Shown: in pieces, positions 13,381-26,764 of the stretch
Layout of the letters: each line of letters begins with the position of its first letter
How positions within the stretch are numbered: the first letter of the stretch is position 1
Assembly (NCBI GenBank): GCA_030390025.1
Contig: CM059432.1
Span: 57,352,001 to 57,416,000 of the forward strand
DNA: 64,000 nucleotides
Origin: Squalus acanthias
Lineage: Eukaryota
Direction of reading: 5' to 3'
Notes under the pieces: model-generated
Databases searched by the model: none
What the model was told of the DNA's origin: nothing
The model's input: the letters and a program-made list of their open reading frames with translations, nothing else
Translations under genes and position numbers: made by a program

Positions 13381-15362
13381 AGTATGATTGCGTTCAATGT
13401 TGCGCTTGAAAGGGAGAAATGGGAAACACCTACTAATATTCTAGATTTAGATAAGGCAAATTTCAATGGGATGAGACAGAGACTATGCACAGTAAAATGG
13501 GCAAATCTGTTATTGGGTAAAATGACAGAAGATCAGTGGGAGGTGTTCAAAAAAGAATTTATGATACAGAACCAGTTTATACACCTCAGGGACAAGAGCT
13601 CTACTTGCCAAAAAAAAGCCATGAACAACTAAAGAGGTAAGGGACAACATAAAAATAAAAGAAAAAGCATACAATAATGCAAAAACTAGCACTGATCCTG
13701 GCAACTGGGAGAGATACAAAGAACAACAAAAGGTGACAAAACAGATCGTAAGAGCTACAAAAAGGGAGTATGAAAAGAAACTTGCAAGGGTTATCAAAAT
13801 CAGCACAATTTTTTTTTACAATTTCATTAGGAAAAAGAGGGTGGTCAGGAGTAATGTTTGGCCTCTTGAAAACTGATAATGGTGATATTGCCAATGAAAA
13901 TAAAGAAATGGCGGACATGTTAAATAATTATTTTAGACCAGTATTTACAGTAGAGGAAGAGTATGCCAGACATTCCAATGAGACTAATATTGAATCAGGG
14001 GCAGGGACTCTCCAAAATTAAGGTAAGCAAAATAACAGCAATGAAGAAAATAATGGCATTAAAGAGTGACAAGTCCCCAGGACCAGATGGTTCCCATCCC
14101 AGGGTATTAAAGGAAGTAGGTGACAACATTGCAGATGCCCTAACTATAATCTTCCAAAGTTCTCTCGATTCAGGAACTGCTCCTTTAGATTGGAAAATTG
14201 CGCATGTCACTCCGCTATTTAAGAATGGTGAGAGAGGGAAACCAGGGAATTATAGACCAGTTAGCCTAACATCTGTTTTCAGGAAATTACTAGAGTCTAT
14301 AGTTAAGGATCGAGTGACTGAACACCTTGAAAATTTTCAGCTGATCAGGGAGAGCCAGCATGGATTTGTGAAAGGTAGGTCATGCCTGACAAACCTGATT
14401 GAAATGTTTGAAGAGGTGACTAAAGTAATTAACAGGGAAATGTCTATGGATGTTATTTATATGGATTTCCAGAAGGCATTTGAAAAAGTCCCTTATAAGA
14501 GGTTGTTAGCTAAAGTTGAACTCATGGAATTGAAGGCAAATTATTGACCTGTTTAGGAAATTGGCTGAGCGGCTGGAAACAGAGAGTAGGGACTAATTGG
14601 TAGGTAATTTAATTGGCAGGATGTGACTAGTGGTGTCCTGCATGGACCTGTGTTGGGGCCTCAACTATTCACCGTATTTATTAACGACTTAGATGTTAGG
14701 ATAGAAAGCCACATATTCAAGTTTGCCAATGGCACAAAGATAGGCGGCATTGTAAGCAGTGTAGATGGAAGCATAAAATTACAAAGTGATATTACTAGAT
14801 TAAGCGAATGGGCAAAACTGTGGCAAATGGATTTCAATATAAACAAATGTGAGGTTATCTACTTTGGACCTCAAAATGAGAGAGCAAAGTACTTTCTAAA
14901 TGGTGAAAAGCTCAAAACAGTGGAAGTCCAAAGAGACTTGGGGGTCCAGATACATAGATCATTAAAATGCCATGGACAGGTACAGAAAATAATCAAAAAG
15001 GCTAATGAAATGCTGGCCTTTATATCTAGAGGACTAGAATACAAGGGGGTAGAAGTTATGCTGCAGCTATACAAAGCCCTGGTTGGACCACACCTGGAGT
15101 ACTGTGAGCAGTTCTGGGCACCGCACCTTAGGAAGCATATATTGGCCTTGGAGGGAGTGCAGCGTAGGTTTACCAGAATGATACACGGACTCCAGGAGTT
15201 AAATTACGAGGAGAGATTACACAAACTAGGGTTGTATTCCCTAGAATTTAGAAGGTTAAGGGGTGATTTGATCGAAGTTTTCAAGGTATTAAGGGGAACT
15301 GATCGGGTAGAAAGAGAGAAACTATTTTCACTGGTTGGGGAATCTAGGACTGGGGGCATAGT

Positions 15363-15634
15363 AAAAAAAAGTTAAAAGCTCAACTGCAGACGGCAACATT
15401 TGACACGTTGGACCCCCTGTGACCCACCTCATTGTCTTAGCTGTACTCTGAGGTGTCTTTGATGTAATGCCTCCCTAACAGATTGTATCTCTGCAGACAA
15501 ATTGCTCTCTGTGTATATATACTGCCGATTTGTATTCCCTCACTGTACTTGTACCTGAAGAAGGAGCAGCACTCCGAAAGCTCGTAATTTTAAATAAAAC
15601 TGTTGGACTATAACCTGGTGTTGTGCGACTTCTC
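15363..15634 (+). mobile_element. Penelope-like pseudo-LTR fragment inserted in the CR1 3' region
   Basis: Interrupts CR1 ggggcatagt|ctaaaaattagagcc; carries a TATA-like tatatata, a hammerhead core and aataaa in the order typical of Penelope pLTRs. Confidence 0.75.
15552..15586 (+). ncRNA. Minimal type I hammerhead ribozyme motif
   Basis: tac-CTGAAGA-a-ggag(cagca)ctcc-GAAA-gc-TC-gta: core boxes, stem II, palindromic AGCT stem III, short stem I. Confidence 0.75.
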
Positions 15635-16583
15635 TAAAAATTAGAGCCAGGTCTTTCAGGAGTGAAGTTAGGAAACACTTCTACATGCTAAGGGTGGTAG
15701 AAGTTTGGAACTCTCTTCCGCAAACGGCAATTGATGCTAGATCAATTGTTAATTTTAAATTTGAGATTCATAGATTTTTGTTAACCAAAGGTATTAAGAA
15801 ATATGGGGCAAAGGCGGGTATATGGAGTTAGGTCACAGATGAGCCATGATCTCACTGAATGGTGGAACAGGCTTGAGGGGCTAAATGGCTTACTCCTGTT
15901 CCTATGTTCCTATCATTCCTATGATTCACATATATTGCCATATACATGATTGATTCTATAAAAGGATATCGTCATTTATTTACAATATTCATATTTGCCT
16001 TTATACAAAACTTCCTCCACCCTTTCTTGTATTGGTGTATAATTCTACAGACACTGTGGGGCGATTTTCCCAGCCCTGAGGAAGCGGGTTTGGAGGCGGG
16101 ACAGTTGGTAAAATTGCAAAAAGCGAGTGTGGGTTTGGAACCCGCCTCCAACCCGCCTCCGCGTAACTTTGCCGGAGGCGGGCTTCAGGAGTGCGATTCG
16201 GTCCCGCCTCCAAGAGGCGGGATAGGCTGTTAAGACCCTTAACAAGCCCCTAAGGGCCTCTGTAATCCTATTTTGCCAGGCCTTTGTTATTTTTGATACA
16301 TTTTTAGCGTGTTGCATGCCGCTCGTAAACCATGCCAGCTAATCCTGGCGGGTTGACAAGTGGCTGGCCTCCTCACAGCTGCAGCTCCAACATAAAAACG
16401 GAGCTTTCAGCAGGGATGAGTTGGAGGTGGCAGAACTTTCCCCCACAGGTCTTTAAGCACTTTTTCCAGGCCTACTGAAGTCAGAGGTGGTGCAGCTGAG
16501 ATCTATCAACTTTGGGACCTCCTGGGAAAACCCTCTCCCCACTTGGACTGAGCGCTTCCCCAACGGAGGTATCTGCCAGCAGC

Positions 16584-17648
16584 ATGGGAAACATTTATTT
16601 CCTTTCATCATGGACCTCAGATTCGGACGAGGAGCAGCCACGGCAGCAGCAGAACCAGGCAGAACAGCAGCAACAGCAGCAGGAGCGCCAACCTCCTGCT
16701 CATCCACCTGATGGTGCACAGGGCAGAAGGCGCCAGCGCATGGCAGCACGTCGCCGCAGGAGATACCCTCCTCTCAGGGTTTACAGACAGAGGATGAGCT
16801 TCCTCAACATGAGTGAGCAGCAGTGCCAAAGGAGGCTGAGACTTTCGCGAGAGGTTGTCGGAGACATTTGCGCAATGCTGCACCAACACCTGGAGCCCAG
16901 AGGATCCGGTGGACACACCTTACCAGTGGCTGTCAACTTTTTTGCTTCAGGCTTCTTCCAGGGATCATCAGCAGACATCAGCGGCATCTCCCAGTCGGCC
17001 GCCCACAGTTGCATCACGCAGTTTACCGATGTCCTCTTCGCAAAGGCGCACAATTACATCAACTTTTCAACTGATCAAGCAAGTACAACCATGCGTGCGG
17101 TTGGATTCGCAAATATGGCAGGCTTGCCAATGGTGCAGGGCGTCATAGACTGCAAACATGTGGCCCTTAGGGCACCCCATCACAACCCAGCTATTTTTGT
17201 CAACTGCAAGGGCTTCCACTCCCTCAACGTACAGCTGGTGTGTAACCACAAAAAGGAGATTTTGCATGTTTGCGCCGAGTACTATGGCAGTTGCCATGAC
17301 TTGTTCATCCTACGGCAGTTTAGTGTGCCTCCGCTCTTCAATCTGCCAAACCAACTTAACGGATGGCTACTTGGAGACAAGGGCTACCCCCTGAAGACGT
17401 TGCTAATGACGCCGATCAGGAGGCCAGCGAACGAAGCTGAGGAGTGCTACAACGCCAGCCACATTTCGACCAGGTCCATCATCGAACAAACCATCAGCTT
17501 GCTGAAGATGCGATTCAGATGCCTTGACCGATCAGGTGGAGCCCTGCAGTACTCAGCAGCCAGGGGATCCAGAATGGTCGTGGTCTGCTGTGCGCTGCAC
17601 AGCATCGTGGCTTGCAGCTTCCTGAGGAGCAAGTGGCTCAGTACATAG
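16584..17648 (+). pseudogene. Harbinger DDE transposase (HARBI1-like), mildly decayed
   Basis: [43 protein letters not shown]; short deletion after LPVAV and a C-terminal frameshift compared with the sister copy near 33600-34750. Confidence 0.9.
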
Positions 17649-17744
17649 CCTCCTCAGATGAAGAAGAGGAGGAGGAGGAAGAGGAGGAGGAGGAGGAGGA
17701 GGAGGAGAATGATGTCCAAGTGGAGGCGCATCAACCAGCAGCAG

Positions 17745-18915
17745 CATAGAAGCATAGAAGCATAGAAGATAGGAGCAGGAGTAGGCCATTCGGCCCCTCG
17801 AGCCTGCTCCGCCATTTAATGAGATTATGGCTGATCATCCAAACTCAGTACCCTGTCCCTGCTTTCTCCCCATATCCCTTGATCCCTTTAGCCTTAAGAA
17901 ATATATCTATCTCCTTCTTGAATATATTTAATGAATTGGCCTCAACTGCCTTCTGTGGTAGAGAATTCCACAGGTTCACCACTCTCTGGGTGAAGAAATT
18001 CCTCCTCATCTCAGTCCTAAATGGCTTACCCCTTATCCTTAGACTGTGACCCCTGGTTCTGGACTCCCCCGCCATCGGGAACATCCTTCCTGCATCTAGT
18101 CTGTCTAGTCCTGTTAGAATTTTATAAGTTTCAATGAGATCCCCTCTCATTCTTCGAAACTCTAGCGAATATAAGCCTAATCGACCCAATCTCTCTTCAT
18201 ACGTCATTCCTGCCATCCCAGGTATCAGTCTGGTAAATCTTCGCTGCACTCCCTCCATGGCAAGAACCTCCTTCCTCAGATAAGGCGACCAAAACTGCAC
18301 ACAATACTCAAGGTGTGGTCTCACCAAGGCCTTGCACAACTGCAGCAAGACATCCTTGCTCCTGTACTCGAATCATCTCACTATGAAGGCCAACATACCA
18401 TTTGCCTTCTTAACCGCCTGCTGCACCTGCATGCTTACCTTCAGCGACTGGTGCACAAGGACTCCCAGATCTCGTTGCACTTCCCCTTTTCCCAATCTAT
18501 TGCCGTTCAGATAATAATCTGTCTTCCTGTTTTTGCCACCAAAGTGGATAACCTTGCATTTATCCACATTATACTGCATCTGCCATGCATCTGCCCAATC
18601 ACCCAACCTATCCAAATCATACTGGAGTTTCTCTGCATCCTCCTCACAGCACACACGCCCACCCAGCTTTGTGTCGTCTGCAAACTTAGAGATATTACAT
18701 CTAGTTCCCTCGTCTAGATCATTAATATATATTGTGAATAGCTGGGGTCCTAGCACCGATCCCTGCGGTACCCCACTAGTCACTGCCTGCCACTCGGAAA
18801 AAGACCCGTTTATTCCAACTCTTTGCTTCCTGTCAGCCAACCAGTTCTCTATCCAAGTCAGTACCTTACCCCCAATCCCATGTGATTTAACTTTGCACGC
18901 TAATCTCTTATGCGG
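17745..18915 (-). mobile_element. CR1 LINE, 5'-truncated, well preserved
   Basis: RT ORFs 18373-18910 and 17845-18348; tail (catagaag)n on +; gcagcagca on both flanks, a probable TSD. Confidence 0.93.
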
Positions 18916-19254
18916 CAGCAGCACGCGAGCACATTGCTGGCCGGAATGCAAGGGATGCACTCATTTTGGCCAGATTTGCTTAGGTTGCCCATTCTAGCAC
19001 ATGTGCTTGGCTCCTTCTTAGCACAAGATAGACAGTGGACATGACTCTCTGGCTTCCTCTCACCCTGACCACCAACCTGACCAAGCCAGTCTCGCTGAGG
19101 CCGCAATGTGGAGCTTCCAAAACCGAAATCACAGAGGCCGTAACGTCAACAGTTTGCCATCACCAGAGTTTAATACATTGACAAAGGCATGGCATTTAAT
19201 CATTAAGCACAAAAAAACACCCAAGTGACTGCCCATGTGACTAATTGTGCTTTA

Positions 19255-20117
19255 TAAGAACATAAGAACATAAGACGTAGGAGCAGGAGTAGGTCATTTG
19301 GCCCCTCGAGCCTGCTCCGCCATTCAATAAGATCATGGCTGATCTGATCTTGGCCACAACTCCACTTCCCTGCCCGCTCCCCATAACCCTTGACTCCCTT
19401 ATCGTTCAAAAATCTGTCTATCTCCACCTTAAATATATTCAATGACCCAGCCTCCTCAGCTCTCTGGGGAAGAGAATTCCAAAGATTCACAACCCTCTAA
19501 GAGAAGAAATTCCTCCTCATTTCCGATTTAAAAGGGTGCCCCCTTATTCTGAAACTATGCCCCCGCGTTCTAGATTCCCCACGAGGGGAAACATCCGCTC
19601 TGCATCTACCCTGTCAAGCCCCTTCAGAATCTTATATGTTTCAATAAGATCCCCTCTCATTCTTCTAAACTCCAATGAGTATAGGCCCAACCTGCTCAAC
19701 TTTTCTTCATAAGACAACCCCTTCATCTCCGGAATCAACCTCGTGAACCTTCTCTGAACTGCCTCCAATGCAAGTATATCCTTCCTTAAATGAGGAGACC
19801 AAAACTGTATGCAGTACTCCAGGTGTGGTCTCACCAACGCCCTGTACAGTTGTAACAGGACTTCCGTACTTTTATACACCATTTCCTTTGCAATAAAGGT
19901 CAACACTCCATTTGCCTTCCTAATTACTTGCTGTACCTGCATGCTAACTTTTTGTGATTCATATAAAAGGACCCCCAGATCCCTCTGTACCTCAGCATTT
20001 TGTAATCTCTCACCATTTATATAATAATTTGTTTTTTTATTTTTCCTACCAAAGTGGATAACCTCGCATTTTCCCACATTAAACGCCATCTGCCAGATTT
20101 CTGCCCACTCACTTAGC
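19255..20117 (-). mobile_element. CR1 LINE, 5'-truncated, inserted at the end of the Harbinger Myb gene
   Basis: LSEWAEIWQM through LVRPHLEYC; tail taagaacataagaacataag on +. Confidence 0.93.
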
Positions 20118-21975
20118 TTCCTCTTACGTGTGCTCCTACGTGGTGTTTCCCCTGTGTCTTCAGCAGAAGTGGAGGCCCCTTGCTCACTTTCATGATGCTC
20201 CTGCTTCGACACCTTTGGTGGGCGTCCTCTGGGTTTGCGAGCCTGTGAGGGCTCGCCAAAAGTCTGCTCCTCCTGCGGCTGTGCAGGGGCTGAGATGCCC
20301 ATCTCAGTTGGGTGAGGACTCTGGTGAGGCTCTGACTGAGGGCAACACAGTGGCATGGAAGTGCGAGCACTTGGAGAGGAGCCCCCACTTCCTTGTTCTC
20401 TGCCACCAACATCTCTCTCATGAGTCAGCCCCACCTCAGCGCCAGCAAGTGGCTTGAGAGCACCTTGCTGCACATCAGTGGGGCCATGAAGATCCATCTC
20501 TGCACTGGTAGTCATACTGCTGAGGACTTCCATGAAGCTTTGGTCTCTTTGATCAATAGCTGGCCATCGCTCCTCCAGAGCTGTCAGTCTATTCTGAACA
20601 TTGAAAATGTTTTCAACACTCTGGTGACTTATCTCCTCCATGGCCCTGGCCATCGTCTGCAGAGAGGCAGCCATTGATTCCACGGAGGTAGCCAACCTTT
20701 CCGAGGAGATGTGCTAATGCGCAATGACTCCACAAAGGCTCTGCTCATATTTGAGTTGGACTCCTCCATCCTCTCCACACACGCAAGCACAGGGTCCACA
20801 TACAGCTGAGCAGAGCTAGGAGAGTCCTGCGACCTCCGATGAGGACTCTCCACTGCTGTCCCTGTCTCCACCACCTGCTGATGCTCACTTGTGAGCTGTG
20901 ATACACCAGGTGACAACACTACTCTATGTCCCGAAGGTCCCACCGAGGTGTGCGTTTCTGCGCTTGTGCTGGGTGCGCTTACATCTGCTGACGCTGCGCC
21001 CTCAGAGGTTGCAGGTTCCTCTGAGGAGTCTTACGCCTCAGGCTCTTCCTCCTGGGAAGGGGGGCTGTCGATGGTCCTGTGGGGGAGTAAAGGAATGAGT
21101 TAGAGATGTTATGGTAGTGTGGCATGCACATGCAATAGCGCAGATGATCAATTGCCATTCTGTAAATGTACATTCGCAGCCATTTTAGTGACTCCTGCAA
21201 TGTAAAAAAGAGAGATGCAAAACTATTCTGTCACCAGCTTGCTCTGCTGCGCCCGTCTGTCTGTCCCCCACTTCCACCTCCACCTCAGCGCCAACGATTT
21301 CCAGGGCCGCCTCTTCAGCATTGGTCAAATGGGCGAGGGAAGGTGGGTCTCCTCCAGTCTTCGCCCTTTCCCTTTTATTGTGGGCTATCTTTTCCTGCAA
21401 TGACGGAGACAAGTGGAGTTTGAGTGAGAATGATGGAGTGAATGTAGAGAGTCCAGAGCATAGATGCTTAGAAGGAGACAAAGATGGAGTGAGGTTCCAT
21501 TTCCAAGGGCCCTCCCTGTGTGTTGTTAGTTGTTGTCATTGCATAACATTGATAGGAGTGTGAGAGCAGCATAGTCGAATAGTGAAGTGATTGTGTTCAT
21601 AGAGTGAGAGGGATGGTGAAGGGTGCAAGGGTTGTAAGGGTAAAGTGGGATGTGTAGGAGGAGGTTGACAATGCAGAGTGCTGGTGATGAGAAGAAAGGG
21701 GAGCAGAAGGAGGGTCAAGCTGAAGGTATACTCACTTTGGCTGATCTTACAAGGTCATTGAACCTCTTGCGGCACTGCAGCCATGTTCTGCTGCACACAG
21801 ATCTGGAGGTTACATCCCGTGCCAGCTGCACCCAGACAGCCTTGGTTTGTGTGGGAGGCTTCTTCCTCCCAGATGAGGGGAAGAGCACCTCCTTGCTAGC
21901 TCTCACCCCCTCAACCAGAATACTCAGAGACTCACCTGAGAACCTCGGGGAGGCCTTGGCTCTCGAGTTGGCTAT
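20118..21975 (-). pseudogene. Harbinger Myb/SANT DNA-binding gene, three exons, decayed
   Basis: Exon 1 ..RTWLQCRKRFNDLVRSAK|gtgagt; exon 2 cag|EKIAHNKRERAKTGG; exon 3 low-complexity, ending STRKRK. Confidence 0.85.
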
Positions 21976-22339
21976 CTCTTCTCAACGCAAGAGTGTGCAG
22001 CATCCACAAAACAGCAGTGAAATGATCCAAGGCAGCAAGCAGCCCTTAAATGAAGCTGCATAAGTGATGTCAGCAGAGGCGAGTTTCAGTCCAAAAAGAG
22101 TCATTGGCCCAGGGGAACCCACACGCCCGGAGTTAATCGGGCAATTAGGGGAAAATCCCAACTTTTTCCCACCTGACAGTGAGAGGTGGGTTCGGCACCC
22201 GCCCACCCCCAAACCCTGCTCCCAACCCGCCTCCAATGGGAAAATTGCCCCCTGTTAGTCCCCTAGTACCTTGACTAATTGACCATTATTCCTGTGTTAG
22301 ACGAGACAGTGAATGATTGCAGCCTTTTTTATAATGGAG

Positions 22340-22566
22340 CCTGATCTTGTCTTCACCTGACATTCACAAATGAACTATCCAGTAGGGGTCATTAGATAGC
22401 AATCAGGAGTGGGAACCCGGGCTGATTTTTTGCTCTCCCTAGCAATGCATCTACTGCTGCTCTGGCTGAGCTCAGCTGAATCAGTACACACAGCGAATTA
22501 AACCTGTAACCTTCCTGATCTGATAGCTCAATATCACACCATGTGGTGCATTGAGCCATTAGGGGA
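22340..22566 (-). mobile_element. Old tRNA-derived SINE-like fragment
   Basis: Minus strand begins tcccctaatggctcaatg (A-box-like), with a degenerate B-box caggtttaattc. Confidence 0.45.
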
Positions 22567-22724
22567 AGAAAAACTCTCAATCTTATCAGCTCAGTCAGAA
22601 GGAAAGCAAAACATTCAGCTAGATGCAATTCATTTTTGAGCTATGTTTTCAGATATTAGTGTTGTAATAATAGAAGTAAAAATACACAGCAGTTATCTTT
22701 GAATAGTCACAATGACAATGAACA

Positions 22725-22862
22725 CTGGGGAAATACCAGTAGAGTAGAAACAGGCTAATATGGTGCCCATATTTAAAAAGGATGGCAAAACAGACATAGG
22801 CAACTATAGACATTAGTCTTAATTCCATTCCATGTAAAATAATGGAATCCATTATCAGGATT
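22725..22862 (+). mobile_element. Ancient CR1 RT fragment
   Basis: Degenerate ANMVPIFKK..GNYR..SL..CKIMESII motif. Confidence 0.65.
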
Positions 22863-23791
22863 AAACCTCTCAATCTAGCTAGCTGCCAGGTGGGAAATTG
22901 AGTACAAAAATTCAAATGCGGTCCTGATGAATTTAATGCCTTTCCTGTATTTCCATGTTTCCCGGCCACTGACAGATGCCTCTGCTCCCTCCCCATAAAT
23001 ATCAGGGCCATTGATTGTTATGCTTCATTAACCTAAATATGAGGAAAGCAATAAGCAACATTCATTGCTTTTGTTGAACATATTGGCCGACTAGAAATGC
23101 TTGATTCACTGCAATAAAGATCCAAGTCATGCAATTAATTTTATTAGATAAAAGAAAGAGGGAAGCAGATTTGATCTTCAGACTTTATTTTCAACAAAAG
23201 GTTTTCATCTTTCTTGAGTGAAACTTTGATCTCAGGGATGATATAAAGTGGATTCTAACATATACCAATAAATTATGGATGTTGAATATTTAGCATTGTG
23301 CAGAGTCTAAATCATGGGGAAATTCTGGGCACAAATCAACCATGTAAATAACAACATTGCTTTTATTTTTGCCAACGTTATAGTTTCAAATCATCTTTTC
23401 TCTCATTGGATCCCACAAGTGGACCTTGTCCCTTCTGATCTGGAAGCCATGGCTTTTCTGTACTCTTTTCTGACATTGGTGCATATCTGACAGCCTAACA
23501 ATTACCCCACCTGCTTATTTTATTTAATACAGACTTGCGCTACACGACTAATTTATCTTTGAATTGGCAGATATTATCACACAGGATTATAGACTATGTA
23601 ACTAGTATCTTTGTTTGCAAATAAATAGTAATATGAAGCACAGTAATCTTCAGATACTCAAAGCAAATTCAGTTTGCCGTAGATACCTTCTCAGATTCAG
23701 TGGCATCAGTCGCTCCCTTCAGCAGTCTGAGCATCTTGCTTTTATGGTAGCTGACTCACACTGCGTCATATCTACTTGTATGGTGGCTTAC

Positions 23792-23870
23792 CCATGGAAG
23801 TAGCAATAGCATTCCCTTGTAATCTGGACCAGATCTTCATGACTTTCACATGTGTATTTCTTCAAACTCT
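23792..23870 (-). CDS. Candidate 79-nt host exon (SLKKYTCESHEDLVQITRECYCYFHG), gene unidentified
   Basis: Acceptor ctgccttcag, donor GG|gtaagc, only one open frame, lies in non-repetitive DNA; no homology recognised. Confidence 0.3.
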
Positions 23871-24597
23871 CTGAAGGCAGACCAAGTTAACGTTAAATGA
23901 GGCGAGGCTTGATTGAAATTGTTATGGTGTTTTATTACACGATAAGGTGAATGTACAGAGCAATAGTTATAATCAGATTAATTAATTACAACAACTTATC
24001 TCCATGTAATAATATAAAAATAATGAAAATGCTATACTACCCCACTTCAATCTTCGCATTTTGATTTTTTCTAGGGCCTTTCTGTCTCAGTAGCTTCTCT
24101 GTTCAAAAGCTAGATTGCTTTTTAGGTGTTTGCAACTCTGTTAGATTGACTGTTCACAGTTAGAAAAAGATGAAAAACCTTCCAATGAAATGGGTGGGAG
24201 GTGTTTATTAATTACAGAGACATCCTGCTGCATTGCTTATTATTTGCAGTCTATGAGGAATCAACACAAAATCTAGACCATTGGCATCTTAACTAGCTAT
24301 TAATTTAGATCACTTTTTTTAACATGCAAGAATACACTATGCTTTAAAACACAAAATCCTCTCTGTGGAAAAATGGTCAAAAGATCTTGAACTTTTGTAA
24401 GACTGGGTTCTGCTTGAATTTAAAAGTCTCTGTTCAATAACAAACAAATTTAGTCTGTTTTTGCTCTCTCTTGCTTGGCTTTTTATTTATCCTCAGGTTG
24501 GGTTCATTCCTCTCAGAACTCTTATGCAGACCTAGAAACTACTTTTGGAAGAACACCCCGTACTATTTCAAACCTCTTGCATTTAGCTCTTAGATGT

Positions 24598-25072
24598 TAA
24601 AAAAGAAAGAAAGACTACATTTATATAGCGCCTTTCACAACCTCAGGACGTCCCAAAGCGTATTACAGTCAATGAACTACTTTTTGAAGTGGAGTCACTG
24701 TTATAATGTAGAAAACACAGCAGCCAAATTTGCACACAGCAAGCTCCCATAAACAGCAATGTGATAATGACCAGATAATCTGTTTTAGTGATGTTGACTG
24801 AGGGATAAATATTGGCCAGAACACCGCGGATAACTCCTCTGCTCTTCTGCGAAATAGTGCCATGGGATCTTTTATCACCACCTGAGAAAGCAGATGAGGC
24901 TTCAGGTTTAATGTCTCATCCAAAAGACAACACCTATGACAGTGCAACACTCCCTCAGTACTGCACTGGAGTGTCAGTCTAGATATTTGTGCTCAAGGCT
25001 CTGGAGTGTGACTTAAAACTACAACCTTCTGACTCAGAGGTGAGAGTGCTACCAACTGAGCTATGGCTGACA
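24598..25072 (-). mobile_element. tRNA-derived Deu-domain SINE (SacSINE1-like)
   Basis: tRNA-like head on minus (gtcagccatagctcagttggtagc), Deu-like core, tail seen on + as aaagaaagactacatttatatagcgcc; homologous to 42375-42878 and 54050-54402. Confidence 0.85.
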
Positions 25073-26764
25073 CTTACGTTAACTTCTAGACAAACTCAAC
25101 AATATTTCATACACAGATCTTCAATTTTTGAATTGAACAAGATTAAACTTGATAATTAGGCCTTGAAAGTTAAGTTCCAAATTTGTGGTGAAACCAAGAA
25201 GCATTAATATTGACATATTACAATTCTAGTGGGATGCAAGCAGCTGTGTTTCCTGCTTGGCATCACGTGCACTTTGCTTTCTTTTGACCTGAGAAGGCAT
25301 GTACTTGCTGGCAAATGTTTTGTGACCTGAATTCCAAAAAAATAGAACAAAAATGAAAGCCTAGAAATTTCAATTGCTGAGCTGTAGGAGGTGCAGTGGG
25401 AAGCGGGCAGGTTGGACAAGCAGACCCTGGACATGACATTTGCTGGTATCTGAATGATCATCAATTACTCTCCAATTTTATGCCATTCAGAAACCAGCAA
25501 TGTGGGGCTCGTGTCTGCCAGGCAAGTAATGCAAGCTTGCGTCATGTAGGTGTACATTACACTGGAGCCAAATGAGGCACAAGTGGTGGGATTTCTAGCG
25601 GGTGACATCATCCCGCCAGTCCCGTCTCCTCTTCTGATGTGAGCACGGTGGGTGGGGGGGGAGAGAATGATGTCAGATATGCCTGATACTCCCCCTCCCC
25701 CCATTGGAATTTCCGAAGCTACAATAAAGGGGAAGAGATCCGTTGGTAATGGCCTTGCCCCAAATTCCTGCCTGCCTGCCCAGACAATGGCTTTTTTACA
25801 TTGCTAGAGGGCAGAAATTTCTAGCCCCTGCAGCCTTTTCATATACATATATAATTAGCAACAGAAAACAGATGTCACAAATGCAATGGCAAAAATCCAG
25901 GAAGATATGAATACTTTGCATGTCTGCATCAAAAGTAAAGATCTTCATAATCCAACTCTATATGATCAAAGGAACAGTAATGTAAATTATATCAATGAGA
26001 TGCACTAATCTGATCTTTTGATTAAGACACAATCTGATGTTCATATCAATGAAACCAGCATTCAAACTCTGCTACAACTACATCAAACAAAACACAGTGC
26101 TTTCAGCAGATCCAAAGAATATAATGGCCTAGAAATTCGGGTTTAGCACCGGCATTAACACCTGTTTTGAAGAAAAAATGGTGGCTGCCTCGCTTCCGCC
26201 CGCTTCTGGCGAGTCTTGCGGTGGCCACCATTTTGAGCAGGTCGGCAGCACTGCCTTTGCCTGCACTCGCTGCAGAAATGGAAATGAGACAGATCATGAT
26301 GTTAATGTGCAACGCTCATTTGTCGCATGATCTGCCATTTTCGACGTTGCTACTACACTTACCACTTAATCACGACCAGCTGACCAAGCGTTCAGCCCCT
26401 AGGAACGCTATTTAAAGGGAGCAACAACAACAACTTGCAGCTGACATGGTTTCTCAGTTTGACTGGCTCTGTCTAAGTTTCTGCAACTCTTGCAGCTTTC
26501 TAAACTTGTTTAAAGTTCCTGAGGTCAGAGAGAGTATTGCTGCAAGTGGAGTACATCTTCTCATGATGAGCTGCTCCACTCTCGGTGATAGCATGCAAAG
26601 TATAGAGATGACCTTTGTCCCTTTGATTGCATAAAAGCTGTAGGGCACAATTCTTGGAGGAAACACAAAAATCTTCTACATAACCATTCAAAGTTGTGCC
26701 CTAAAGGAGCACTGCCATCACAACCGGCATGCAAGCTGCTTTGCAATGACCTCACACAGCATTG

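Larger units (their letters stand above)
12170..15915 (+). mobile_element. CR1 LINE, decayed ORF2 and 3' tail, interrupted by two insertions
   Basis: Endonuclease motifs 12324-12683; RT ORFs 13963-14547 and 14623-15375; tail cctgttcctatgttcctat near 15900. Confidence 0.92.
16058..22252 (+). mobile_element. PIF/Harbinger transposon, family A, full-length but disrupted by two CR1 insertions
   Basis: TIRs ggggcgattttccc / gggaaaattgccccc; flanked by tgt on both sides; convergent transposase (+) and Myb (-) genes. Confidence 0.92.

Noticed and set aside
24497..24600. Plus-strand terminal exon candidate (GWVHSSQNSY..)
   Set aside because: Acceptor-like site only; no recognisable homology, and it abuts a SINE tail
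25000..25072. tRNA gene
   Set aside because: Degenerate tRNA-derived SINE head contiguous with the SINE body
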